A stretch of DNA of 52,452 bases from a virus (IMGVR_UViG_3300042923_000082:1-52452); one strand, 5' to 3'; counted from the stretch's first letter, positions 19,996 to 28,681 are shown. Notes: generated from the sequence alone by a model not told the origin. Numbers and translations are program-made.

Positions 19996-20445
19996 ATGGC
20001 TAATGTAACAGAAAAAGTCGCATCAATAAGACAAGCCGTTTATGGAAAAGATGTAAGAGAAAGTATAGCCAGTGGTATAGAAGCTATTAATGACGAAGTA
20101 GTTAGCACCACATCAAGACAGAATGTAATCGACTCACAGGAACAAACAAGAATAAATAATGAAAATATAAGACAATCTCAAGAAGCTAGTAGACAATCTC
20201 AAGAATCTGTTAGAACAAATATTTTTAATACCAATGAAGATGCTAGAGAAGCCACGTTTAATACTAATGAAAATAATAGACAAGATATATTCTCAACAAA
20301 TGAAGTGGATAGAGATGCAACAATTGCACAATTTCAAAATTGGTATAATACATCATCACTAACTGGGAAATTACCATTTATGATAGATGGTGGGGATTTT
20401 GGAGACCCTATAGAAGGGGGCGTTTATGATGGTGGAGATTTTTAA
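19996..20445 (+). CDS. Minor tail/baseplate protein with coiled-coil repeats
   Basis: IRQAVYGKDVRESI; (N/Q)E-x-x-R heptad-like repeats; DGGDF twice at the C-terminus. Confidence 0.65.
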   Translation: MANVTEKVASIRQAVYGKDVRESIASGIEAINDEVVSTTSRQNVIDSQEQTRINNENIRQSQEASRQSQESVRTNIFNTNEDAREATFNTNENNRQDIFSTNEVDRDATIAQFQNWYNTSSLTGKLPFMIDGGDFGDPIEGGVYDGGDF

Positions 20446-20467
20446 TAAAAGTAAAGGAGTGATATAA

Positions 20468-21607
20468 ATGGGAGATATAATTAAATTCAGGAAAGGATTA
20501 AAGACCAGTCTACCAACCTTAAGACTAGCAGAACCTGGATTTACTACTGATGAAAAAAGATTATATATAGGCGGTACATCTGGTAATGTTCCGTTACCTA
20601 GTAAAGAGGATATTGATAGTATCGATGTACAATTGTTAGAAAAGGCGAATGCAAATTGGATTATAAATGGTGGCTTAGAGTTTTGGCAAAGAGGAACAAC
20701 AATAGTAAATCCAGTCACTCAAACATATTTAGCTGATAGATTTGAAATAACTTGTAGTTTAACAGGAATAGCGCCAACCACAATAACACATTCTAGACAA
20801 ACTTTTTCAACACCAGATATTCCTAATGCTTCAAATTTTTATAGAATAGTAAGTGATAGCGTGGGTGTGTTAAATTCAAATGATCTTTACAGGTTAAATC
20901 ACAGTATAGAAAATGGTGCACGAAAATTATGTGGTAATGGTAAAAAAGTTACAATTTCTTTTTATGCTAGGAGCTCTATAACCAATAAAAAACTTGGAGT
21001 ATTTTGTATACAAAATTATGGTTCAGGTGGAAGTCCGTCTTCTTTCGAATTTTTAAATGGTACTAATTTCATATTAAATAATACTTGGCAAAAATATTCT
21101 TTAACAATTAATACTAATACTTTAGTGGGTAAAACGTTTGGTAGTAATAATGACGATTATTTGAGAGTTGTCTTTACAAACGCATACGGAAGTGGAACGG
21201 CACAATATGTTGGAGATACAATAACAGAAACTTTTGGAATTGGATATGTAGATATAGCACAAATTAAACTAGAAAGTGGAGATAAAGCAACACTTTTTGT
21301 ACCAAGACTTTATGGAGAAGAATTAGCATTGTGTTTACGTTATTACCTTGGTAGTGGAACTTCTATAAACAATGGAATTTATACTAATTCAATGACCTAT
21401 TTGTCACCTACGCATGTTCGTATGAGAGCAAATCCATCTATAGCAAGTGGCACTATATGGTATAATGATGGCGGAATTGCAAGTGGTTTCACTTTCACGG
21501 GAAGTTTAACTGGTAATGGTATATCAATTACAGCAAATAAAATAGCACACGGCATTAATACAGCAACACACGCTGATATTTCCGGTTTAGATGCTGAAAT
21601 ATATTAA
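20468..21607 (+). CDS. Tail fibre / receptor-binding protein
   Basis: LAEPGFTTDEKRLYIG shoulder; NWIINGG..WQRG, KLExGxKATxF, EELALCLRYY carbohydrate-binding-like domain. Confidence 0.78.
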   Translation: MGDIIKFRKGLKTSLPTLRLAEPGFTTDEKRLYIGGTSGNVPLPSKEDIDSIDVQLLEKANANWIINGGLEFWQRGTTIVNPVTQTYLADRFEITCSLTGIAPTTITHSRQTFSTPDIPNASNFYRIVSDSVGVLNSNDLYRLNHSIENGARKLCGNGKKVTISFYARSSITNKKLGVFCIQNYGSGGSPSSFEFLNGTNFILNNTWQKYSLTINTNTLVGKTFGSNNDDYLRVVFTNAYGSGTAQYVGDTITETFGIGYVDIAQIKLESGDKATLFVPRLYGEELALCLRYYLGSGTSINNGIYTNSMTYLSPTHVRMRANPSIASGTIWYNDGGIASGFTFTGSLTGNGISITANKIAHGINTATHADISGLDAEIY

Positions 21608-21625
21608 AATTGGAGTGATAAAAAT

Positions 21626-22009
21626 ATGGAAGAAAATATAAAAGTTTATGTAAAAGTAGATAGTAATAATGTCATTAAAGAAATAAATAGTATTATATTT
21701 ATACAAGATTTAACAGGATGGATTAAAATTGATGAGGGTCAAGGAGATAAATATGCTCATGCTCAAGGAAATTATTTTCCACAAGAAAAGCCTTTAAGCG
21801 ATATGACAGGGAAATATAATTATAAGTTAGTCGATGGTAAGGCTGTCGAATTAATTGAGGAGGAAAAGTATAATTTATTTCCCCCTCAACCTAAACAGCA
21901 AATATTAGAAGAGAAACAAGCAGAATTAATTAGTGATCTTGTCTTAGATAATTTAACTATGCAAGCTAAACTAGATAGTATAACATTGAACGTTTTAGGA
22001 GGGAACTAG
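21626..22009 (+). CDS. Tail fibre-associated protein, copy 1
   Basis: IDEGQGDKYAHAQGNY; paralog of 22163..22495. Confidence 0.7.
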   Translation: MEENIKVYVKVDSNNVIKEINSIIFIQDLTGWIKIDEGQGDKYAHAQGNYFPQEKPLSDMTGKYNYKLVDGKAVELIEEEKYNLFPPQPKQQILEEKQAELISDLVLDNLTMQAKLDSITLNVLGGN

Positions 22010-22010
22010 T

Positions 22011-22133
22011 ATGTTTGAAATAATAAAATCACTATATGACCAAAAAAGATTAACCCCACAGATGCTTGACGCTGCTGTAAGTAAAAAATGGATTACAACA
22101 GAGGAAAAAGAGTTAATATTATCTACTAATTAG
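22011..22133 (+). CDS. XkdX-like microprotein (40 aa; not in the ORF track)
   Basis: SD GGAGG; MFEIIKSLY...AVSKKWITTEEKELIL. Confidence 0.7.
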   Translation: MFEIIKSLYDQKRLTPQMLDAAVSKKWITTEEKELILSTN

Positions 22134-22162
22134 AAAAAATTAATAAATTGGAGGAATACAAA

Positions 22163-22495
22163 ATGGAAGAAAATATAAAGGTATACATAAAAATTAATGA
22201 CAAAAATGTAGTTATAAATATAAATAGTGGTATTTTTCTAACTGACATTATAGGGTGGATATGCGTAGATGAAGGTCAAGGAGATAAATATGCTCATGCA
22301 CAAGGGAATTATCTAGAAAATGGGTTAATGGATATGTTTGGAAAGTATAACTACAAATATGAAAATAATACTTTAAGTTTATTAACTGATTCTGAAAAAG
22401 CTATATTATACCCACCAACTATACATTCACCAAGTGACCAACAAAGAATAGGTAGTGTAGAGAATGCAATTAATACAATATTAACTATAATGTAG
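22163..22495 (+). CDS. Tail fibre-associated protein, copy 2
   Basis: MEENIKVY...VDEGQGDKYAHAQGNY; SD GGAGG. Confidence 0.7.
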   Translation: MEENIKVYIKINDKNVVININSGIFLTDIIGWICVDEGQGDKYAHAQGNYLENGLMDMFGKYNYKYENNTLSLLTDSEKAILYPPTIHSPSDQQRIGSVENAINTILTIM

Positions 22496-22509
22496 GAGGA
22501 ATACTAAAG

Positions 22510-22644
22510 ATGTATGATTATTTATTAAACCAATGGATTTTAAGAAAAGTGGATACAACATTTCTGCAAATGCAGGTGACAAAAGGACGTATAACACAGG
22601 AACAATATGAAACTATAATATCAACTCCACAAATGACTATATAA
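22510..22644 (+). CDS. XkdX-like microprotein (44 aa; not in the ORF track)
   Basis: SD AGGAGG; MYDYLLNQW...VTKGRITQEQYETII. Confidence 0.7.
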   Translation: MYDYLLNQWILRKVDTTFLQMQVTKGRITQEQYETIISTPQMTI

Positions 22645-22665
22645 TCTGTAACCATATACTGAAAA

Positions 22666-23010
22666 GTGAGGTTAAAAATGAATAAGGTAAATACTATAAT
22701 TATGATGTCAGTGTTAACTATAATAATAGCATTTTTGCTTGGCTTTTCAGTATCTCTAAGTCAGAAGAATAATGCAAACACCAATAACAATATAATTAAT
22801 ATAGGTAATGCTGATCGTAAAAAAATAGATATGAATAAGTCTAATAAATCAGAACTAATGTCAATAAAAGGCATTGGCGACAAGAAAGCAGACTTAATTA
22901 TTAAAAATAGACCATACAAATCTATTTGGGATATAGCTACAATTGATGGTATCTCAGAAGATTTTATTGAGGATATCCGGGAGGAGGTGTGCGTAAATGC
23001 CGAATCTTGA
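22666..23010 (+). CDS. ComEA-like membrane-anchored helix-hairpin-helix DNA-binding protein
   Basis: N-terminal TM segment; IDMNKSNKSELMSIKGIGDKKADLII...RPYKS...IDGISE tandem HhH. Confidence 0.8.
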   Translation: MRLKMNKVNTIIMMSVLTIIIAFLLGFSVSLSQKNNANTNNNIINIGNADRKKIDMNKSNKSELMSIKGIGDKKADLIIKNRPYKSIWDIATIDGISEDFIEDIREEVCVNAES

Positions 23011-23296
23011 GATATTTGAAGGTAAAAGTATAACTTGGATATTATTAATGGCGTTATTACTAGCTATATGGTATTTAGCTAAGTTCACAAGGGACTTCGT
23101 AAGTAATACCATTATCAAATTTGAAATGCAATTAAAAGACCAAAGCGATACTTCGGAGAAACGTGAAGAACAGCTTAATATTCAACTAAATAAGAGTATT
23201 GAAAACAATACTAGACTAGCAGTTGCAATAGAAAAGATAGAGAGTAGATTTGATAGTCTAAATATACAAATAGAAAGTATAGAAAAGAGGTTGTAA
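22997..23296 (+). CDS. BhlA/UviB-like holin-type peptide
   Basis: One N-terminal TM segment plus coiled coil with EKREEQL; in the lysis cassette. Confidence 0.6.
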   Translation: MPNLEIFEGKSITWILLMALLLAIWYLAKFTRDFVSNTIIKFEMQLKDQSDTSEKREEQLNIQLNKSIENNTRLAVAIEKIESRFDSLNIQIESIEKRL

Positions 23297-23299
23297 AAA

Positions 23300-23590
23300 A
23301 TGGATTTTACAAATATAACAAATTTCGTACCTAGCAACTTAGCAATATTAATAGCTGGAATATATGTAATGGGCATGTTTCTAAAGAAAACTGAAAAGAT
23401 TAATGATAATTATATTACTATTATATTAATGCTTTTCAGCATAACATTCGCAGTTCTACTTATCAGTATTAACTCACAATATAAAACTTTATTTGAAGCT
23501 ATCGTTAACGGTGTATTACAAGGCATCTTATGTTGGGGAGTAGCTATAGGTATAAATCAAACAGCAAAACAATTAAATAAAGATGAATAG
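23300..23590 (+). CDS. Holin
   Basis: Three hydrophobic segments, LQGILCWGVAIGINQTAKQ; directly upstream of the endolysin. Confidence 0.82.
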   Translation: MDFTNITNFVPSNLAILIAGIYVMGMFLKKTEKINDNYITIILMLFSITFAVLLISINSQYKTLFEAIVNGVLQGILCWGVAIGINQTAKQLNKDE

Positions 23591-23601
23591 GAGATGTTGT
23601 T

Positions 23602-24390
23602 ATGAATATTATAGATAACAATCTAAGTTTTGGATCTATGAATATGAATAATCACCCATCAATGTTAATAGTACATCATTTAGAAGCTGAAGGAGAAAAC
23701 TGGACAGTTGATATGATTCATAATATGCATATAAATGAACATGGTTGGGCTGGTATAGGATATCATTATTATATAAGAATTGATGGTTCCATATATAAAG
23801 GACGTCCAGATAAGGCTATAGGAGCTCATTGTCAGGGGTGTAATACCAATACACTTGGTATAGCATTTGAGGGTGATTATGACTATAGATCTGATATGAC
23901 AGATTCTCAATATAATGCTTGGTGTGAATTGAAAGCTTATTTATGTAATAAGTACGGCAATATGCCGGTATATGGACACAGGGATAATCCAAATACACCA
24001 GGGAGTTCAGAATGTCCAGGTGCATATTTTCCATTAGATAAAGTTAAGAAAGCTAATATCGTGAACTTACACAAACAAGGATGGAATGAAAATAAAAAAG
24101 GTTGGTGGTATTGTACATCATTAGAAGATGGTTATTACTATAAAAACTGTTGGAAATCGATTGATGGCGAATATTATCTATTTAACGATGAAGGATATGC
24201 AATAGCTAATTACTGGTCTAAGTGGAAAGATAAATGGTACTACTTAAGATCAAACTGTATGATGGCTAAGTCACAATGGCTATGGATAGATAGTGTATGT
24301 TATTGTTTCGATAAGGATGGAGTAATGTATGAAGATTGTAAAACTCCAGATGGATATTATGTAGATAAGTCAGGAGCATGGATCAAATAA
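23602..24390 (+). CDS. Endolysin: N-acetylmuramoyl-L-alanine amidase (Amidase_2) with cell-wall-binding repeats
   Basis: IVHH, GWAGIGYHYYI, GAHC, GHRD, ECPG; C-terminal W/Y-rich repeats (WYYL, YCFD). Confidence 0.92.
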   Translation: MNIIDNNLSFGSMNMNNHPSMLIVHHLEAEGENWTVDMIHNMHINEHGWAGIGYHYYIRIDGSIYKGRPDKAIGAHCQGCNTNTLGIAFEGDYDYRSDMTDSQYNAWCELKAYLCNKYGNMPVYGHRDNPNTPGSSECPGAYFPLDKVKKANIVNLHKQGWNENKKGWWYCTSLEDGYYYKNCWKSIDGEYYLFNDEGYAIANYWSKWKDKWYYLRSNCMMAKSQWLWIDSVCYCFDKDGVMYEDCKTPDGYYVDKSGAWIK

Positions 24391-24393
24391 ATT

Positions 24394-24437
24394 AAGAGAA
24401 TTGGGGGCTTGTATGGTATACATGTCCTTTTCTTTTT
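24394..24437 (+). terminator. Intrinsic terminator after the lysis cassette
   Basis: Imperfect hairpin followed by TTTTCTTTTT. Confidence 0.6.
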
Positions 24438-24466
24438 AGTTATAATAAAATATAGGGGATGTTAAA

Positions 24467-24751
24467 ATGAGTAATATAGAAAAATTAATTGGTAAACCAT
24501 CATTACTAGAACAATTGGCTGAGGAAGCTACAGAGTTAGCTAAGGCCGCTTTAAAACAAGCTAGAATATTAAGGGGAGAGAATCCTACACCAGTAACTGA
24601 GGAAGAGGCTAGGGCTAGTGTCATAGAAGAATATACGGACGTAGTTCATTGCGCTAAGATGTTAGATATCAATGAAGACGAATTACAAATCGAATATAAA
24701 AGTAAACGTTGGATCGATAGAATTACAAATAAAAATACAGGGGTGTTATAA
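24467..24751 (+). CDS. MazG-like nucleotide pyrophosphohydrolase
   Basis: EEATEL...EEYTDV (ExxE...ExxD). Confidence 0.7.
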   Translation: MSNIEKLIGKPSLLEQLAEEATELAKAALKQARILRGENPTPVTEEEARASVIEEYTDVVHCAKMLDINEDELQIEYKSKRWIDRITNKNTGVL

Positions 24752-24752
24752 A

Positions 24753-25247
24753 ATGGAAAAGAAGAAAGTTATTATAAATGGATCAGGCGGAGTTGGTAAA
24801 GACACGTTTGTTGACTTTTGTCGTATATATGCTAATATAATGAATATATCGTCAGTGGATAAAATAAAAGAGTCAGCTAAAATATTAGGTTGGGATGGTG
24901 GTAAAACTGAAGCAGATAGAAAATTCTTATCTGACTTAAAAGTATTATCGACTGGTTATAACAATTATCCATATGAATATATTAAGGCTAATATGGAACA
25001 ATTTAATAATGATAGATCTCTAGGTGTAATGTTCATACACGTAAGAGAGCCAGAAGAAATTGAAAAGTTAAAGAAAGAGTTTAATTGTATAACTCTACTT
25101 ATCCAAAATATAAACAAAGAAGGCATAAGTTCAAATATGGCAGATGCCAATGTTGACAATTATGAATATGATTTCGTAGTTCATAATGATGACGATTTAA
25201 TCAGTCTAAAGAACAAGGCTATAGAATTCATTAAAAGTATAGTATAA
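24753..25247 (+). CDS. P-loop nucleotide (dNMP) kinase-like protein
   Basis: INGSGGVGKDTF Walker A; FIHVREPEE. Confidence 0.75.
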   Translation: MEKKKVIINGSGGVGKDTFVDFCRIYANIMNISSVDKIKESAKILGWDGGKTEADRKFLSDLKVLSTGYNNYPYEYIKANMEQFNNDRSLGVMFIHVREPEEIEKLKKEFNCITLLIQNINKEGISSNMADANVDNYEYDFVVHNDDDLISLKNKAIEFIKSIV

Positions 25248-25250
25248 CCC

Positions 25251-25280
25251 ACGCGAAAATAACAACTCCTATTATGAGAA
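25251..25280 (+). promoter_or_regulatory. Conserved phage promoter-like motif P1
   Basis: ACGC GAAAATA ACA ACTCC TATTATGAGAA. Confidence 0.8.
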
Positions 25281-25302
25281 AGAATATAGGAGGATGATTA
25301 TT

Positions 25303-25470
25303 ATGTTTAATATTAAAGAAATGATCTTATCAGCAATTATCAAGAAAGGAATATTATATGAAGCAAACAAAGTGGATGTTAATATAGATATTCCTAATGG
25401 AGATCAAGTGATAAAGATTAACTTTAAAGCAGACAATATGAAACTAAGAATAGAAAAATCAGATGAATAG
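25303..25470 (+). CDS. Hypothetical 55-aa protein (not in the ORF track)
   Basis: SD AGGAGG; MFNIKEMILSAIIKKG...; lies between P1 and a terminator. Confidence 0.75.
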   Translation: MFNIKEMILSAIIKKGILYEANKVDVNIDIPNGDQVIKINFKADNMKLRIEKSDE

Positions 25471-25505
25471 ATTGGGCTTTACAAAGGCTCTTTCTTTTTG
25501 TTTTT
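25469..25505 (+). terminator. Terminator (GGCTCTTTCTTTTT type)
   Basis: GGGCTTT ACA AAGGCTC + U-tract. Confidence 0.7.
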
Positions 25506-25535
25506 ACGCTAAAATAACACATCATATTATGAGAA
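25506..25535 (+). promoter_or_regulatory. Promoter-like motif P2
   Basis: ACGC TAAAATA ACA CATCA TATTATGAGAA. Confidence 0.8.
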
Positions 25536-25552
25536 ATATAAACTAAATAGGA

Positions 25553-25774
25553 GTGATTAATATGAATATAAAAACTATTATTAATGTTATGAAGGTTGTA
25601 AGTCTAGCAGTAACAGTAGTACCGCCAGTTATAGGTGGAGCTAAAGTTATTTTTGGAGGAGCGGCTAAAGTAGTTAAGAATAAAATATATGATTCAGAAT
25701 ATATCAAAGATGTTAAGAAAGATTTCGAATTAAGAAGAGATAATGTACAAACAGTTAAATATACAGAAGTTTAA
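25553..25774 (+). CDS. Hypothetical small protein with hydrophobic N-terminus
   Basis: ORF between P2 and a terminator; likely start ATG 25562. Confidence 0.7.
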   Translation: MINMNIKTIINVMKVVSLAVTVVPPVIGGAKVIFGGAAKVVKNKIYDSEYIKDVKKDFELRRDNVQTVKYTEV

Positions 25775-25776
25775 TT

Positions 25777-25799
25777 GGAGAGCATTGACTCTTCTTTTT
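25777..25799 (+). terminator. Terminator
   Basis: GGAGAG CATTGA CTCTTC + TTTTT. Confidence 0.65.
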
Positions 25800-25829
25800 A
25801 CGCATAATATACATACTCTATTATGAGGA
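25800..25829 (+). promoter_or_regulatory. Promoter-like motif P3
   Basis: ACGC ATATAAT ACA TACTC TATTATGAGGA. Confidence 0.78.
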
Positions 25830-25840
25830 TAGTGATTAAT

Positions 25841-25942
25841 ATGAGAGAAGTGAATAAAAGAGATATAGTGGTAAAAATAATAACATTGCCAATAGCAGCT
25901 TATGGTTTATATTCTATAATTAGAGATCAATTCAAAAAATAG
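25841..25942 (+). CDS. 33-aa membrane microprotein (not in the ORF track)
   Basis: MREVNKRDIVVKIITLPIAAYGLYSIIRDQFKK; fills the P3-terminator interval. Confidence 0.65.
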   Translation: MREVNKRDIVVKIITLPIAAYGLYSIIRDQFKK

Positions 25943-25971
25943 AGTGGAGTCTAACAAAGGCTCTTTCTTTT
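25941..25971 (+). terminator. Terminator
   Basis: GGAGTCT AACAA AGGCTCT + TTCTTTT. Confidence 0.7.
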
Positions 25972-26001
25972 ACGCGAAAATTACATACACTATTATGAGA
26001 A
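25972..26001 (+). promoter_or_regulatory. Promoter-like motif P4
   Basis: ACGC GAAAATT ACA TACAC TATTATGAGAA. Confidence 0.8.
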
Positions 26002-26165
26002 ATAGACGACGGTTCAATTCCGTTTATATAGTGGTCTATCTATATCTCAGGACAATGGATAAATGTGGGTGAGAACCCCATGGTAAGATACGAAGGTGGA
26101 CAGACAACTCTGTTCCTACCGGGCAACAGTTTTCGATAGGCTGACCCTGAATACATTGTTCTTTA
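26002..26165 (+). ncRNA. Putative structured non-coding RNA with T-loop-like hairpins
   Basis: No SD/ORF, raised GC; ATAGAC/GTCTAT enclosing ACGG-TTCAATT-CCGT; GGACAATG/CATTGTTC enclosing three hairpins. Confidence 0.65.
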
Positions 26166-26214
26166 AATTTTGCACTGTTAATTTATATATAAAAATTTAA
26201 AATATTAGGAGGTT

Positions 26215-26427
26215 TTGAAAATGATAAAAGATATAACAATATCAAAAGAATATGTAGTAATTTGGATTCCAGGATCAACTGATATATCATTATATGAAAA
26301 GGATGAATTCGAAGGTAAAATGTCAATTGGATATTATAAAAATGATGGGTACATTTACAACGAATTTAAAACTTATGATGAGGCTATTAAGTTCTTTAAA
26401 AAATTATGGACTAACATTATAACATAA
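26215..26427 (+). CDS. Hypothetical protein
   Basis: SD AGGAGG; ORF. Confidence 0.65.
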   Translation: MKMIKDITISKEYVVIWIPGSTDISLYEKDEFEGKMSIGYYKNDGYIYNEFKTYDEAIKFFKKLWTNIIT

Positions 26428-26445
26428 CGTATAACAAAATGGGGG

Positions 26446-26643
26446 ATGATAAAAATGATACACTATATTTACTCAGGTCCAGTTTTAAATAAATATCAAG
26501 TACTAACTAACGAATGGATAGGAGAAACATATGCTATATCTGATAAAAAAGCTAAAAGTAATCTAGCTTATCAATTCAAAAAACAACATGGATTATTACC
26601 ATCAGCTAAGGTAATATTACCTAAAAATCCAATAAAGGGTTGA
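26446..26643 (+). CDS. Hypothetical protein
   Basis: YSGPV...ETYAISDKKAKSNLAYQFKK. Confidence 0.65.
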   Translation: MIKMIHYIYSGPVLNKYQVLTNEWIGETYAISDKKAKSNLAYQFKKQHGLLPSAKVILPKNPIKG

Positions 26644-26689
26644 TATATCTTATACTTTTTGATTATCAAAATATAAGGAGGCATTATTA

Positions 26690-27412
26690 ATGTTAAATAA
26701 ATTAATAAGAAAAGACAAACAATTCTTACTAAATTTCACAGCAGTTTTAGGAGTTGGTCTAACTATGGTATCGACAATAAGGGATACTACTAAAGCTTGT
26801 AAATTAGTAACTGAAGATATGACATTAAAAGAGAAAATAAAGAAGACTTGGAAATGTTATATACCATCAGGGGTTATAGCAACTAGTACTATGCTTTGTA
26901 TAATTTACTCGGATAAGGTATCTATGAATGAAAAAATAGCTTTAATAAATACCTTAACCACCATACAAGGTAATTATAGAGATTTAAGAACTGCTGTGGA
27001 TGAGACATGTGATCCCAAGACAAAAGAAGAAATACTTAAGAGGACTGTTAAAAATAAAGTACCACGAGAATTATACATTGAACGAACTGAAGAAAAAATA
27101 TTTTATGAAGAATATAGTGGTAAACACTTCACTAGTACAATCGATAATGTTCTTAAAGCAGAATATATGTTTAATAAACAATTATCGATTGTTGGTTATG
27201 CATCACTAAACGAATTTTATGATTTTCTTGGAGTATCTAAAACTACTGAAGGTGAATATCTTGGTTGGTCAGTATATGATGGATATTTCGGATCATCTTC
27301 TATTAATCCATGGGTAGACTTTGAACATAGTAAAATGGAAGACGATAACGGTATTGAATATTTTCATATAGAGTATAGTAATCAACCAGATGTAAATTAT
27401 GATATATTTTAA
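26690..27412 (+). CDS. DUF6353-like protein, paralog 1
   Basis: N-terminal hydrophobic helices; GYASLNEFYDFLG...GW. Confidence 0.7.
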   Translation: MLNKLIRKDKQFLLNFTAVLGVGLTMVSTIRDTTKACKLVTEDMTLKEKIKKTWKCYIPSGVIATSTMLCIIYSDKVSMNEKIALINTLTTIQGNYRDLRTAVDETCDPKTKEEILKRTVKNKVPRELYIERTEEKIFYEEYSGKHFTSTIDNVLKAEYMFNKQLSIVGYASLNEFYDFLGVSKTTEGEYLGWSVYDGYFGSSSINPWVDFEHSKMEDDNGIEYFHIEYSNQPDVNYDIF

Positions 27413-27413
27413 C

Positions 27414-27443
27414 ACGCGAAAAACACAAGCACTATTATGAGAA
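27414..27443 (+). promoter_or_regulatory. Promoter-like motif P5
   Basis: ACGC GAAAAAC ACA AGCAC TATTATGAGAA. Confidence 0.8.
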
Positions 27444-27470
27444 AATAATAAATTTTAGGAGGAAAAAGAA

Positions 27471-27662
27471 ATGAATGAAAAAATGGAAGGTTTAGAAAAA
27501 ATGATAGAAGGGGTTAGTACTTATTGTAATGATAACAAAATTGAATATGTCTTTGCAGCAGTAGCTGAAGAAGGTAAACATCAATTTGTATCGCACAGTG
27601 CATTAGCTAATACTATATTAAAAGAATCAGCTAAAGTTATTCAAACATTAATTGGAAAGTAA
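27471..27662 (+). CDS. Hypothetical protein
   Basis: SD AGGAGG; lies between P5 and a terminator. Confidence 0.75.
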   Translation: MNEKMEGLEKMIEGVSTYCNDNKIEYVFAAVAEEGKHQFVSHSALANTILKESAKVIQTLIGK

Positions 27663-27676
27663 AATTATTATTTAAA

Positions 27677-27704
27677 TAAGATTGAGCTTAGGCTCTTTCT
27701 TTTT
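27677..27704 (+). terminator. Terminator (identical to the one at 40961)
   Basis: GAGCT TA GGCTC + TTTCTTTTT. Confidence 0.7.
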
Positions 27705-27734
27705 ACGCAATAAAAACATAGCCTATTATGAGAA
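27705..27734 (+). promoter_or_regulatory. Promoter-like motif P6
   Basis: ACGC AATAAAA ACA TAGCC TATTATGAGAA. Confidence 0.8.
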
Positions 27735-27760
27735 ATATATTAATTTGGAGGATGATAATT

Positions 27761-27907
27761 ATGGGTACAGAAAAAGTTGTAAAAATTGCAGGAATTGCTA
27801 TTAGTGTAATCGGAATGGGGTTACAATTAGCATCAGGTATATTAGACGATAAAAAACTGGACATGAAAATAGCAAAACAAGTTAGTGAACATCTAAAAAA
27901 GAAGTAG
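27761..27907 (+). CDS. 48-aa membrane microprotein (not in the ORF track)
   Basis: SD GGAGG; MGTEKVVKIAGIAISVIGMGLQLASGILDDKK... Confidence 0.75.
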   Translation: MGTEKVVKIAGIAISVIGMGLQLASGILDDKKLDMKIAKQVSEHLKKK

Positions 27908-27933
27908 GAGTCTTATCAAAGACTCTTTCTTTT
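27899..27933 (+). terminator. Terminator
   Basis: GGAGTCT TATCAA AGACTCT + TTCTTTT. Confidence 0.7.
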
Positions 27934-27955
27934 ACATTTACTTAAGGAGGATAAA

Positions 27956-28681
27956 GTGATGAAACCAATTATTAAAACAGCGAGAAACTTATTAAATAGA
28001 AATGCCTCGGATCTATTATTAGTGGGCGGAGTAGCTTGTATATTAGGCGGTGGTATATTAGCCATTAGACAAACCCCTAAAGCAGTACAATTAATGGAAA
28101 ATAAGAAAGATAAACCAACTATTGATAAAATTAAAACAGTAGCTCCATTATATATACCACCATTGCTACTTACGGGAGTCGGTATAGCACAAATTGTATG
28201 CTCTAGAAATATAACTAACAATAAGATAGCAGCAATGGCAACCGCTTACACAGTATCAGAGACGGCTTTTAAGACTTACAGAGAAAAGGTTAAAGATATA
28301 GTAGAACCTGATAAATATGAAGAGATTAAAAGAGAAGTTGCCGACGAACAGTTAAGAAGAGATCCAATAGGTAATAAGGAAATAATAATGACTACTAGGG
28401 GTAACGTTCTAATGTACGACAATATGTCAGGAAGATATTTAAAGAGTACAATGGATGATGTAGACAGAGCTGTAAATATTCTAAACAAAAGAATGATGAG
28501 TGACATGACTGTATTGTTAAATGATTTTTATACTGAAATAGGTCTGGATGTCATTAAACTAGGATGTGAGGTTGGATGGGATATTGAGAAAGACTCAATA
28601 GATGTTAGATACACTTCAACTATAGCTGACAATGGAGAACCTTGTTTAGTTATGGATTACGAGGTTGTTGTATTAAGATAA
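27956..28681 (+). CDS. DUF6353-like protein, paralog 2
   Basis: TPKA...YIPP...LNDFYTEIG...VGW. Confidence 0.7.
   Translation: MMKPIIKTARNLLNRNASDLLLVGGVACILGGGILAIRQTPKAVQLMENKKDKPTIDKIKTVAPLYIPPLLLTGVGIAQIVCSRNITNNKIAAMATAYTVSETAFKTYREKVKDIVEPDKYEEIKREVADEQLRRDPIGNKEIIMTTRGNVLMYDNMSGRYLKSTMDDVDRAVNILNKRMMSDMTVLLNDFYTEIGLDVIKLGCEVGWDIEKDSIDVRYTSTIADNGEPCLVMDYEVVVLR

Noticed and set aside
20468-22495. Diversity-generating retroelement acting on the tail fibre
   Set aside because: No reverse transcriptase, and the duplicated segments differ at all base types rather than only at adenines
27000-27209. Overlapping + strand ORF of 69 aa
   Set aside because: Lies wholly inside 26690..27412 in another frame, with no SD
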